Part shown: positions 1-7,122 of the stretch, piece by piece
Numbering within the stretch: the stretch's first letter is position 1
How the letters are laid out: each line of letters opens with the position of its first letter
DNA from: an uncultured archaeon
Lineage (GTDB): Archaea; Altiarchaeota; Altiarchaeia; IMC4; SCGC-AAA252-I15
Reading direction: 5' to 3'
Length of the DNA stretch: 14,401 bases
Assembly: GCA_902384455.1 (NCBI GenBank)
Contig: CABMCB010000061.1
Location: forward strand, 1 to 14,401
Notes under the pieces: model-generated
The model's database searches: none
The model's input: the letters and a program-made list of their open reading frames with translations, nothing else
Told to the model about the DNA's origin: nothing
Translations under genes and position numbers: made by a program

Positions 1-764
1 AAAATATGCTGCGTGGCACATCGGATTTGGGCGCAATGTGCGACCAAGCCTATGGCATTCGGAAGGACCGCGTGCTGTACGCGAACGGCGACGGGCCGAT
101 GGAAATTGACCTCGTGTCCCTCAAGGACCGAGAACAAATCGGGCAGTTGACCACGCTTCGGCTTGCAGCTTCCAAACTCGCTCCGAGCGGGAATCTCTTC
201 CCAACTGTTTCCATAATCCGCGAGACTGGCAATTTCAAGGTAGTCAGCAAGTCCGAAACCTTCCAGCGGGACATCAACCATCTGGTGACGTTGGTCCAGC
301 GTGATTCGAGAATCCCCATGAAGGAACTCGTGCGACAGTCTGGTTTGAGCGAGTATGACGTGGAGTCGAGACTCAAAGACCTCGGATGGCATCGAACGAA
401 GGGCGGTAAGGGCGGTGCTTCTCCGTGGCATCAAGACGGCTCCAGTCCATGCCCGTTCGCCAAAGACGAGGCGAAACCCGAGCCGGAAAAGACCGTGGCT
501 CCTGTGCCTTCTAGACCACGCAGGCCGGGGACCAAGGAAGCCATCACCATGCTTTCTAGCCTGCTTGAAGGGACCGACCCCGAAGGCGAGTACGTGGAGG
601 CTCGTGACGTGTACGAAGAGGCGAGCCGACTGGGTATCTCGGACAACGTCCTCGAAAAGGCAAGGAAAGCGTTGGGTGTGGTCATCGGCACGGAATGCGG
701 ATGGAGCCTACCGGCTCCGCAGACGACTGTGGAAACCACCGGTCAACTGGCGAGCGTAGGGTGA
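1..764 (+). CDS. C-terminal part of a RecA-fold AAA_25/RepA-like helicase or replication protein with C-terminal HTH/wHTH domains (5'-truncated by the window)
   Basis: The frame is open to the window edge. LRGTSDLGAMCDQAY resembles the RG(S/T)S..(G/A)..D motif of AAA_25/SF4 helicases. PMKELVRQSGLSEYDVESRLKDLGW is HTH-like. The C-terminal ARDVYEEASRLGISDNVLEKARKALGV...WSLP resembles the wHTH tail of these proteins. Walker A/B would lie upstream of the window. Confidence 0.7.
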   Translation, partial: NMLRGTSDLGAMCDQAYGIRKDRVLYANGDGPMEIDLVSLKDREQIGQLTTLRLAASKLAPSGNLFPTVSIIRETGNFKVVSKSETFQRDINHLVTLVQRDSRIPMKELVRQSGLSEYDVESRLKDLGWHRTKGGKGGASPWHQDGSSPCPFAKDEAKPEPEKTVAPVPSRPRRPGTKEAITMLSSLLEGTDPEGEYVEARDVYEEASRLGISDNVLEKARKALGVVIGTECGWSLPAPQTTVETTGQLASVG

Positions 765-788
765 AAACCAACGTTGGCTTACCACCGT

Positions 789-1049
789 TAGGTGAAGTCC
801 GGTACCCATATACCGGACGTTTCACCTATCGGTAGGTGAAAGCGTTCGGTGAAGCGTTCGGAAAGCGTTAACGGTCACCGAACGCTTCGCCTATCGGTCC
901 TAAGTATTTGCACAATAAAGACTTACAGGTTGCACAAAAGCGATTTTTGAAAAAGCGATAGGTGAAGATTTTTTCTGGTTGCACAAAGCGTTCGGAAAGC
1001 GTTCGAAAACGAAAGTGTTTCACCGAACGCTTCGCCTATCGCTTTTTTC
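789..1049. repeat. Nested direct and inverted repeat cluster (putative replication origin with iterons)
   Basis: Hairpin TAGGTGAA-GTCCGGTA...TACCGGAC-GT-TTCACCTA at 789-828. Exact 22-bp direct repeat TCACCGAACGCTTCGCCTATCG at 875-896 and 1020-1041. Several AAGCGTTCG and TAGGTGAA units. Imperfect inverted repeat at ~949-967 versus ~1030-1049. Lies directly downstream of the helicase-like gene. Confidence 0.75.
901..925. promoter_or_regulatory. 25-bp dyad TAAGT-N2-TT-N7-AA-N2-ACTTA (tyrosine-recombinase core-like site), copy 1
   Basis: TAAGTATTTGCACAATAAAGACTTA has 9-bp imperfect arms around a 7-bp spacer; same geometry as 1123-1147. Confidence 0.5.
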
Positions 1050-1122
1050 TGCGCTGTCAGGCATTTCCTAGAAACTTCGTGCTCCGAACGCCCAAAACCT
1101 GATTTTCGTGTAAATCAGCTCT

Positions 1123-1147
1123 TAAATCGTTTAGTTTCAATAAGTTA
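1123..1147. promoter_or_regulatory. 25-bp dyad TAA.T-N2-TT-N7-AA-N2-A.TTA (tyrosine-recombinase core-like site), copy 2
   Basis: TAAATCGTTTAGTTTCAATAAGTTA has the same 9-7-9 layout as 901-925. Confidence 0.5.
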
Positions 1148-1315
1148 TATTGTAAAAGAGGTAAGGATGGACGGTTTTCGCCTAATCTTCACCCAAACGA
1201 TTCGTAAAGCCGCCAGCCGTGAAGCGGAAACGGGGCGTAGGCGCACGATATCCATGGCGACGAGCCAACAAGGCTTCCCTCGGCTCCAAGCCCTTCTCAG
1301 AGGCTCCGTAGGCGA

Positions 1316-1382
1316 TACCTAACAGTTGGGTTGTTAGCGGTCGAGGACAGAGCGGGCGGCTGGCGAACCAAACGGATGGGTT
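1316..1382. promoter_or_regulatory. Two copies of a 17-bp imperfect palindrome (putative operator) at 1316-1332 and 1366-1382
   Basis: TACCTAACAGTTGGGTT and AACCAAACGGATGGGTT match the palindrome in the promoter spacer at 2361-2377 (AACCTATCCGTTGGGTT, reverse complement AACCCAACGGATAGGTT) at 14/17 and 15/17 positions. Confidence 0.55.
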
Positions 1383-1515
1383 ATCCAAGCCAGAGGGCTG
1401 GCATGGGAAGCCAAGGCTTACAGTGGACTCCAAAGCCCAAAACGCAACACTTAATGCCAGATTCAGTTTTTGGAAGCCCCCGAACAAAAGGACTTGTAGG
1501 CGGCGAGGGCGGAAT

Positions 1516-1547
1516 AACGCAACAGTCCGCGCCCAGATTGTTGCGTT
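1516..1547. promoter_or_regulatory. loxP/res-like site: 12-bp inverted arms with an 8-bp asymmetric spacer
   Basis: AACGCAACAGTC-CGCGCCCA-GATTGTTGCGTT has 11/12 arm symmetry. A further half-site AACGCAACA sits at 1441-1449. The site is ~80 bp downstream of the recombinase stop. Confidence 0.5.
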
Positions 1548-1577
1548 TCTAGAAGGGCACAAAATCAGGGGTTGGGC

Positions 1578-1606
1578 AAAGAAAAACCCGCCCAACATCG
1601 GCGGGT
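1578..1606 (-). terminator. Rho-independent terminator of the recombinase operon
   Basis: On the minus strand ACCCGCC-GATGTTG-GGCGGGT is followed by TTTTCTTT, ~24 nt after the stop at 1630. Confidence 0.75.
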
Positions 1607-1629
1607 CGTTGGAGCGGTCTGTTTGCGGG

Positions 1630-2223
1630 TCAGAAGAGGTTACTGGCAGCACGTTGGACGGCAGTATCGGCTTGCGAGTCAGAGACGCCGACGTAGCACA
1701 ACGTGGATTTATAGGAGCGGTGCCCAAGGGCTTGCTGAACGTGAGCCAGATTCTCGCCAGCGGCTACCATGTGGGAAGCCAGCGAGTGCTTGAGTACACG
1801 AGGGTTGCGCTTCTCTTGCGGGATACCAGCCGCCGCCGCAACATCCTGAAACATACGCCAGAAGGCAGTGCGGTCCATTTCGCCGCCCTTCTGGGACGTG
1901 AAAACGAAGGTCGATTGGTCGTCGGCGGGGCGTTCAGCGAGCCAAGAGCGTAACGCCTTCTCTTCGTCAAGAAGGGGCACGCCACGCTGTTTGCGGAATG
2001 CCTGTTTGGTCTCCAACGAGTCTTTCAAACGGCGAATCGTCAACGCGTCGTTCTCTTTGTCGATGTCGGCAAAGGTCAATCCGCAGACTTCGCTTGCCCT
2101 CAGAGCGTGCCAATAACTAGTGCAAATCATAGACCATGCACGATTTGAGTGTTGACGGGCAGCCGCAAGCAGAGACAAGAGTTCATCGGGTGACAGGAAC
2201 AACATCTGATTGCGCTTTTTCAT
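1630..2223 (-). CDS. Tyrosine recombinase, catalytic-domain-only, FimB/FimE-like (197 aa)
   Basis: N-terminal FLSPDEL; box I HALRASEVCGL; catalytic-K region IRRLKDS; FVFTSQKGG; box II NPRVLKHSLASH; LGH and nucleophile Tyr in LGHRSYKSTLCY. No N-terminal core-binding or arm-binding domain. SD-like AAGGTG upstream. Confidence 0.92.
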   Translation of the reverse strand: MKKRNQMLFLSPDELLSLLAAARQHSNRAWSMICTSYWHALRASEVCGLTFADIDKENDALTIRRLKDSLETKQAFRKQRGVPLLDEEKALRSWLAERPADDQSTFVFTSQKGGEMDRTAFWRMFQDVAAAAGIPQEKRNPRVLKHSLASHMVAAGENLAHVQQALGHRSYKSTLCYVGVSDSQADTAVQRAASNLF

Positions 2224-2348
2224 CGCTTCACCTTTGCCTTTCGTGGTCTGCCGCCCTTCTTTCCATTCTCACGAGCAGCAGCGGCTTTGGCTTTCGACGT
2301 TCGTCTGCCAAGTTCGGCCATGACTTTGGAGATGAGCCTCTTATCCAC
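2220..2348 (-). CDS. 42-aa basic peptide with AKAAAARENGKKGGRPRK motif (AT-hook-like, putative DNA-binding); not in the ORF track
   Basis: GTG start; translates MDKRLISKVMAELGRRTSKAKAAAARENGKKGGRPRKAKVKR*. The stop overlaps the recombinase start (ATGA). I recognise the motif from small phage and mobile-element proteins. It lies directly after a near-consensus promoter. Confidence 0.8.
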   Translation of the reverse strand: MDKRLISKVMAELGRRTSKAKAAAARENGKKGGRPRKAKVKR

Positions 2349-2355
2349 GGTAAGA

Positions 2356-2384
2356 ATTGTAACCTATCCGTTGGGTTTTGTCAA
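2356..2384 (-). promoter_or_regulatory. Sigma70-type promoter TTGACA-17-TACAAT with a palindromic operator in the spacer; leaderless transcript
   Basis: -35 TTGACA at 2384-2379, 17-bp spacer, -10 TACAAT at 2361-2356, then 7 nt to the GTG at 2348. Confidence 0.8.
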
Positions 2385-2750
2385 GCACAATCGGCAATCG
2401 TTGCAACGATTCGCGCCGCATCAACCGAGCCGAGCCGCGCAAGCATCGGCAACGCCCCGAAATTCAGGGGAGGAGAATTCCTCCCTCGTGTCGATTTTGT
2501 TTTTCGTTGAATGTTGCAAAAGTTTTTGCGGGTCCCATGTTTGTAAGGGGGCGGCAGGTATGGGTGTGTGGAGCCCCCGACGCCTCGTCTTTTGTGCTGA
2601 GGCTCTACGTGGTTGTGCGACATCTTCCGAGCAGAAAACGACAGAAGAAACTAACAATCCTTTTTCTGAGGGTGGGGCAGTGCCAAGGGGCTATCACAAA
2701 TTTTAAGGTCCCATTTTAAGGGACCAGTAGCAAAGGAAAGAAAATGCAGA

Positions 2751-3053
2751 CTAAGCTCGAAATTCAGCGTCAAGACTCTCAAATCGCTCTCGGACTTCTT
2801 GATGAATATCGTCGGGAAGTTTTCGAATCGACGTTCCCAGAATTGAAGCATATTTCTGATTCATCTTCTCGTGAAGAGCGGGAGATTGCCTCGCGGAGGC
2901 TAAACGAGCGTCTAGGAATTCCTTCAGATTCGGGTGCTCTGTTAGCAAAGCCGTGAAGGTGGCCTGACGAGCTTCAATCTCAGTATCCGCCTCTTTCAAC
3001 AAACGCCACGCTCTGGCGAACTCCTCAAACAGGAACTCTTCTAAATAAGTCAT
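2751..3053 (-). CDS. Hypothetical protein (100 aa, helical)
   Basis: Strong SD GAAGGAG 5 nt before the ATG; protein-like amphipathic composition; divergent from the operon starting at 3131. Confidence 0.55.
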   Translation of the reverse strand: MTYLEEFLFEEFARAWRLLKEADTEIEARQATFTALLTEHPNLKEFLDARLASARQSPALHEKMNQKYASILGTSIRKLPDDIHQEVRERFESLDAEFRA

Positions 3054-3130
3054 CGCTTCTCCTTCAGAGACCCGATTGGATTTTCATTTCAAAGTGTAGT
3101 GCCACCACATCGTGGCAAAGGATTTTTCCC

Positions 3131-3958
3131 ATGAAAACTGAACAGGAAGTAACACCGCTCCAGAGCGGCTCAAACGAAGTGTCTTCGCTGCTATCGACTG
3201 AAGCAGTCGAAAAAATCAAGGCGAAGGAAACCGCGCAAATTGCTGTCCGTGAGGAACGGCGTCAGAAGAAATCCGCCGCTGAAAAGTTGGCTGATGTCCT
3301 GCGCCGTGAGGAACTCAGAGAACTCGGAAAGCAGCGCAGCCACGAGGAAACGAAAGAGTTCAACCGCCTCGAAGCCCGAAGACGCAGAGCAGGCAAATCA
3401 CCGAAGGACAACGCTCTTGCGGACGTTTTGAACGCTCAGGAATTCTGGAACGCCAATCGACTTCTTCTTCCGAAGAAAAAATCGGATGAATACTTAGCGC
3501 AGCAAGAGCGGGTGTTCGACATTTTATTTTGGATGAGTGACGGGTGGCGGGAGCCCCAAGCCCCCGACTTTGTTTCGCTCGGTGAAGGTATAGCTGATTT
3601 AGAAAACTTTGTCAGCGAGCACGGCGTCATTAGCGACGACCCGAGTTCATACAAACACCACACGCTTCAGGACTTCGTCCCGAGTTGGGGAGTTTGGGCG
3701 GAGCGCGACATCGAGAGCGACCCAATCTGGGGTTACGTCGAACCGTTTTATAAAGACGCGGAACGCTTCAAGGCTCTGTGCTGCGAGTCGCCAGCCACCG
3801 AGATTTACGCCCGCTACGGAATTCGAACCGCCTTGCCTGCTTTCCACCTTCGAAAGTTTTTGAGCCGCATTGAGGCACACAAAAACGGAGTGCATCGCAG
3901 CGAATCAAACGAGAAATGCTGGCTCTGTCAATTCGAGCGGCAAAACAGGAGTTTATGA
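3131..3958 (+). CDS. Hypothetical protein with a charged coiled-coil N-terminus and a possible C-terminal H..H..CxxC metal site
   Basis: 275-aa ORF at the head of a tightly packed operon; ends HKNGVHRSESNEKCWLCQ. Confidence 0.75.
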   Translation: MKTEQEVTPLQSGSNEVSSLLSTEAVEKIKAKETAQIAVREERRQKKSAAEKLADVLRREELRELGKQRSHEETKEFNRLEARRRRAGKSPKDNALADVLNAQEFWNANRLLLPKKKSDEYLAQQERVFDILFWMSDGWREPQAPDFVSLGEGIADLENFVSEHGVISDDPSSYKHHTLQDFVPSWGVWAERDIESDPIWGYVEPFYKDAERFKALCCESPATEIYARYGIRTALPAFHLRKFLSRIEAHKNGVHRSESNEKCWLCQFERQNRSL

Positions 3959-3959
3959 A

Positions 3960-4193
3960 ATGGCACTCACAACAATTAAATTCGGAAGGACAGAAGACCT
4001 CAGCGATTCCGCACTTGAACGCTTTCACAGACTGGCCAACACAGACTTGCAAACGAAGAACTGCCGCGCTCGGAGCGGCGATTTCCGCTGCACATTGGAC
4101 GCCCACCACCGAGAACTCGGGACGGCGCACGTTCACAGGAACGCAAACGGAACGCTTACTGCTTTTCGAATCGAGGCGAAAAACGATGAGTGA
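3960..4193 (+). CDS. Hypothetical protein (77 aa) with C/H cluster CRARSGDFRCTLDAHH...H
   Basis: ATG at 3960, 1 nt after the upstream stop; SD AGGAG at 3947-3951; start reassigned from the ORF-track 3870. Confidence 0.65.
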   Translation: MALTTIKFGRTEDLSDSALERFHRLANTDLQTKNCRARSGDFRCTLDAHHRELGTAHVHRNANGTLTAFRIEAKNDE

Positions 4194-4464
4194 TATCGGC
4201 CAAGAACTAACCGACATTCTTCTGCGACTTACAGCGACCGATGTTGAGTTGCTTCGCTCATTCATTCGAATGCAAGCGACTGGCGAAGCCGAAGATTTGG
4301 GTTATCTCGCCCAGAAGAAAGCAGCGCTTACAGCGAAAGCACTCCGAATCCTTATTGACGCCGAACTGATAGCCGAAATGGATGCAAGAGACGCTATTTC
4401 AAAAATCATGGAACTCATCGGCGAACTGGAATTCCGATGCAAGCAGGAGGAAATACACAAATGA
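4186..4464 (+). CDS. Hypothetical helical protein (92 aa)
   Basis: ATG at 4186 with GAGG upstream, overlapping the previous stop by 8 nt; translates MSDIGQELTDILLRL...; start reassigned from 3916. Confidence 0.7.
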   Translation: MSDIGQELTDILLRLTATDVELLRSFIRMQATGEAEDLGYLAQKKAALTAKALRILIDAELIAEMDARDAISKIMELIGELEFRCKQEEIHK

Positions 4465-4628
4465 ACCAACCCCGATTCGCCCCGCTACCGCCCGACTACA
4501 AAGGGCAACCGTGGAGCGTAGTAACGCTTCGCGGTCTGAGTTCCGAAGAAATGAGAAAAATTCTGAGGCTTTACGGAGCTTCACAAATAAACGCAGCACT
4601 AAATGCCCAACACGGGCGGGAGAAATAA
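4461..4628 (+). CDS. Hypothetical protein (55 aa)
   Basis: SD GGAGG; ATGA overlap with the previous gene; translates MNQPRFAPLPPDYKGQPW... Confidence 0.65.
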   Translation: MNQPRFAPLPPDYKGQPWSVVTLRGLSSEEMRKILRLYGASQINAALNAQHGREK

Positions 4629-4630
4629 AA

Positions 4631-5317
4631 ATGGCAACAAAAATAAATACAGGCGTGGGCGACCCGCAATGGGAATCGTGGAGTCTCGAAAGAACACGCG
4701 AAGCGATAGAGCGACTCGACCCCACGAGAACGACGCAACAAGCGTTTCTCAACATGGTTAGGGACCGCATTTTCAAAACAGGTCGTCTCGATGACGAAAA
4801 GCACTGTTCAAACGTCATCCGAGAAATGATGCGGACGGGTGAACTTCCGCTGAAGTTGGAAATCCAGAATGCGTTAACGGAGGCGTGGCAATCGAGCCCG
4901 TACCAGCGATGCGATGCCAACGACTTGCAAGTTTTGCAAGAGGCACTCGGAGGAGGGCTCGTCGATATCGCCGATGCGCAATCGCTTCTCGAAATCATCG
5001 AACGCCTCGGAGCGCAGCAAAATTGGCTGCTGAACCCAGAAGGCGAACATCAGCGCCAGGAACAACGAGCAGCCGAACATCGTCAAAGTTTGATTGTGCG
5101 AATTGCAGAAGGTAGAGCCACCTATCCACTTTGGGCAACACGATACGGCGGCTTCAAGTGGCTTCAATGCTCGACGCTCGAACATGAGCCAGACGCAATG
5201 CTCGAAGCCCTCGCCCAACGGGTACCCGAGTGGCGGTCGCAAATCGATGGACGACGTAACCCAGAGCAAAGAAAACAATTCAGCGATTCGCTTGGACGCG
5301 ATGTCGCCAAAATATAA
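4631..5317 (+). CDS. Hypothetical protein (228 aa)
   Basis: ATG at 4631, 2 nt after the previous stop; SD GGGAG; start reassigned from 4382. Confidence 0.75.
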   Translation: MATKINTGVGDPQWESWSLERTREAIERLDPTRTTQQAFLNMVRDRIFKTGRLDDEKHCSNVIREMMRTGELPLKLEIQNALTEAWQSSPYQRCDANDLQVLQEALGGGLVDIADAQSLLEIIERLGAQQNWLLNPEGEHQRQEQRAAEHRQSLIVRIAEGRATYPLWATRYGGFKWLQCSTLEHEPDAMLEALAQRVPEWRSQIDGRRNPEQRKQFSDSLGRDVAKI

Positions 5318-5323
5318 GGAGAA

Positions 5324-6085
5324 ATGAAAATGACACACGAAGAATTCACCATAGCAGCGACACAGGTTGCACAAGAGTTTTGGGACAAACATCGTCCATC
5401 AAATTTGTTGTTCACGGAAAACAACGCCAATGAGCTTGCGCAAGGTATCGTGAATTTTGTGCGATACAGCGGAGCGATGCCGGGTCCAAAAGACATTTGC
5501 GCAATCGTGAAGTTTTTGGGCGACATTGAAAACGGCGGCAAATTGCAGTTCCACCATCCGCCGAAAGCGGTCGGTGAGCAGCCACCCCCGCCACCGCCGC
5601 AAAATCCTGCGGACAATCTGCCGTTCTGGGAAGTCAAAGAACTCAAATTCTTACGAACGGTGGAGGATGTACAGCGCTTCAAGGCACGACTTGAGCGAGA
5701 CGGTACCGGATATTTGTCGGGATTCAAGCGCTTGCGACCTGAATCACAAAAAGACTACGAAGAGTTGAACGCCCGTCTCACCTACATTGTGCAAAACGAA
5801 CTTGATGCTTCTCACTGCGAGACGGACGCCCCCGCACAACCAGCAAAGCCGCGCGTAACAATTCCCACTTTGATAGCGCAAGCAAGAGCGGCTGTCGATG
5901 CGATGACGGTCGGAGATGTTGGGCAATCGGGAAGTTCTGCGGGTCGAAGGCAACTTCTTCAAAACAAGAAACAACGCCTTTACAACGAAATCAGCAAATT
6001 GTGGGGCGAAGGTATTCCGCACAACGTGATTCTGGAGCGCACAAAAGACGCCATCCGAGACTTCGGTTCGAGCAGCATTCGGTGA
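5324..6085 (+). CDS. Hypothetical protein (253 aa) with Pro-rich linkers
   Basis: SD TAAGGAG (start at 5324 or 5330); QPPPPPPQ and APAQPAKP linkers suggest three small domains. Confidence 0.75.
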   Translation: MKMTHEEFTIAATQVAQEFWDKHRPSNLLFTENNANELAQGIVNFVRYSGAMPGPKDICAIVKFLGDIENGGKLQFHHPPKAVGEQPPPPPPQNPADNLPFWEVKELKFLRTVEDVQRFKARLERDGTGYLSGFKRLRPESQKDYEELNARLTYIVQNELDASHCETDAPAQPAKPRVTIPTLIAQARAAVDAMTVGDVGQSGSSAGRRQLLQNKKQRLYNEISKLWGEGIPHNVILERTKDAIRDFGSSSIR

Positions 6086-6101
6086 AAATGGAGGAAAAAA
6101 A

Positions 6102-6401
6102 ATGGACTCTACTATTTTTGAAAAGGCCGTAGGCATGTTCTGGCGTGGACACTCTCCGCTGTTCGTGGCTCAACAGTTGGGCGACGAGAACCTAGACACG
6201 ATTGACGACGCAGCGGAGTTTGTCTCCGAACGAAAACAGAATGCAGTGGAAATTTCGGAAACGATGTTCAGAGCGGGAGCAAAACACCGAGCAGTTTTAG
6301 ACGCTCTGCGAGACTTAGAAATACCCGACCATAACGCAGCCGAAATCAGTCTGGCCGCAATGGCGACCGCCCGCCGTGAGAAAGAGGAGCAAAAGGCATG
6401 A
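6102..6401 (+). CDS. Hypothetical helical protein (99 aa)
   Basis: SD GGAGG; the stop overlaps the next start (ATGA). Confidence 0.75.
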   Translation: MDSTIFEKAVGMFWRGHSPLFVAQQLGDENLDTIDDAAEFVSERKQNAVEISETMFRAGAKHRAVLDALRDLEIPDHNAAEISLAAMATARREKEEQKA

Positions 6402-7117
6402 ACGAAAATCTAAGCGAGGCTTTGAAAGCAATTCAAACGCAGACCGATGAATTGCAGCGCCAGAAAACGGAACTCGCCCGAGGACCGAAAGGCGATAGGG
6501 GCGAACCCGGAATTGGAAAAGATGGGCGGGATGGCATCAGTCCGAAACTAACGATTGGTCAAGTTTCGTCGGGCGATAATCCCCACGCCGAAATTCGAAA
6601 CCTTGGCGAGGGAATCTTCGAACTTAATTTAGTTCTGCCTCGTGGCGAACGCGGTGAAAAGGGCGAAGCATCAACAATTCAGGGACCTGCGGGGCGAGAT
6701 TCGTCGGTACCCGGACCAGCCGGAAGGGATGGCGTCAGCGTGAAAGGTCCAAAGGGCGATGCCGGTTCGATGCCGGAAGTCAGAGTCGGACAAGTTTCTA
6801 TCGGTGATGCTGCGGTCAAAGCGAAGCCGTTTGAGCGAGGAGTGATTCTAGACTTTACGTTGCCAAAAGCGAAGGACGGCGTTGACGGAAAGCAGGGCGA
6901 CCCCGGAAGGAGCGGTTTTTCGGAAGACGAGATTCGAACGATTGTGACCGAAACGATTATCAAAACACTTTCGGACGTGGGTGTCATTTCCGAGCAAGCC
7001 GAAAAACTCATCCGAGTCCGAACGGAACTCAAACGAAAACTACATGAGGTAGATGCCCGACACATTTCCGAGATTTCGGATTTTGTTAAACGCGTGGACC
7101 GGATTTTCGAGAGCTAA
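6398..7117 (+). CDS. Collagen-like (Gly-X-Y) fibre protein with coiled-coil ends
   Basis: Gly-X-Y tracts GPKGDRGEPG, GKDGRDG, GERGEKG, GPAGRD (twice), GPKGDAG and GVDGKQGDPGRSG. Two related inserts, LTIGQVSSG...LNLVLPRG and VRVGQVSIG...LDFTLPKA, resemble those of phage-associated collagen fibres. SD GAGGAG. Confidence 0.85.
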   Translation: MNENLSEALKAIQTQTDELQRQKTELARGPKGDRGEPGIGKDGRDGISPKLTIGQVSSGDNPHAEIRNLGEGIFELNLVLPRGERGEKGEASTIQGPAGRDSSVPGPAGRDGVSVKGPKGDAGSMPEVRVGQVSIGDAAVKAKPFERGVILDFTLPKAKDGVDGKQGDPGRSGFSEDEIRTIVTETIIKTLSDVGVISEQAEKLIRVRTELKRKLHEVDARHISEISDFVKRVDRIFES

Positions 7118-7122
7118 TAGGT

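Noticed and set aside
789-1049. CRISPR array
   Set aside because: The repeats are short, irregularly spaced and in both orientations, there are no unique ~30-40-bp spacers, and no cas genes are present.
1182-1953. ORFs 1182-1727 (-), 1331-1552 (+), 1423-1953 (+) and 1572-1793 (+)
   Set aside because: They have non-ATG starts or no SD, look like random translations, and cross the terminator, the cis sites or the recombinase gene.
1630-2223. Integron integrase or assignment of the symbols fimB/xerC
   Set aside because: It lacks the IntI-specific insertion and the N-terminal core-binding domain, and there are no fimbrial genes or clear attC sites, so no gene symbol is justified.
2136-2719. Plus-strand ORFs 2136-2510, 2287-2706 and 2378-2719
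   Set aside because: They are antisense to the peptide/recombinase operon and its promoter and show no protein-like signal.
3870-4630. Long N-terminal extensions in the ORF track (starts 3870, 3916, 4382, 4437)
   Set aside because: Internal ATGs at 3960, 4186, 4631 and 4461 have SD sites and tile the operon without large overlaps.
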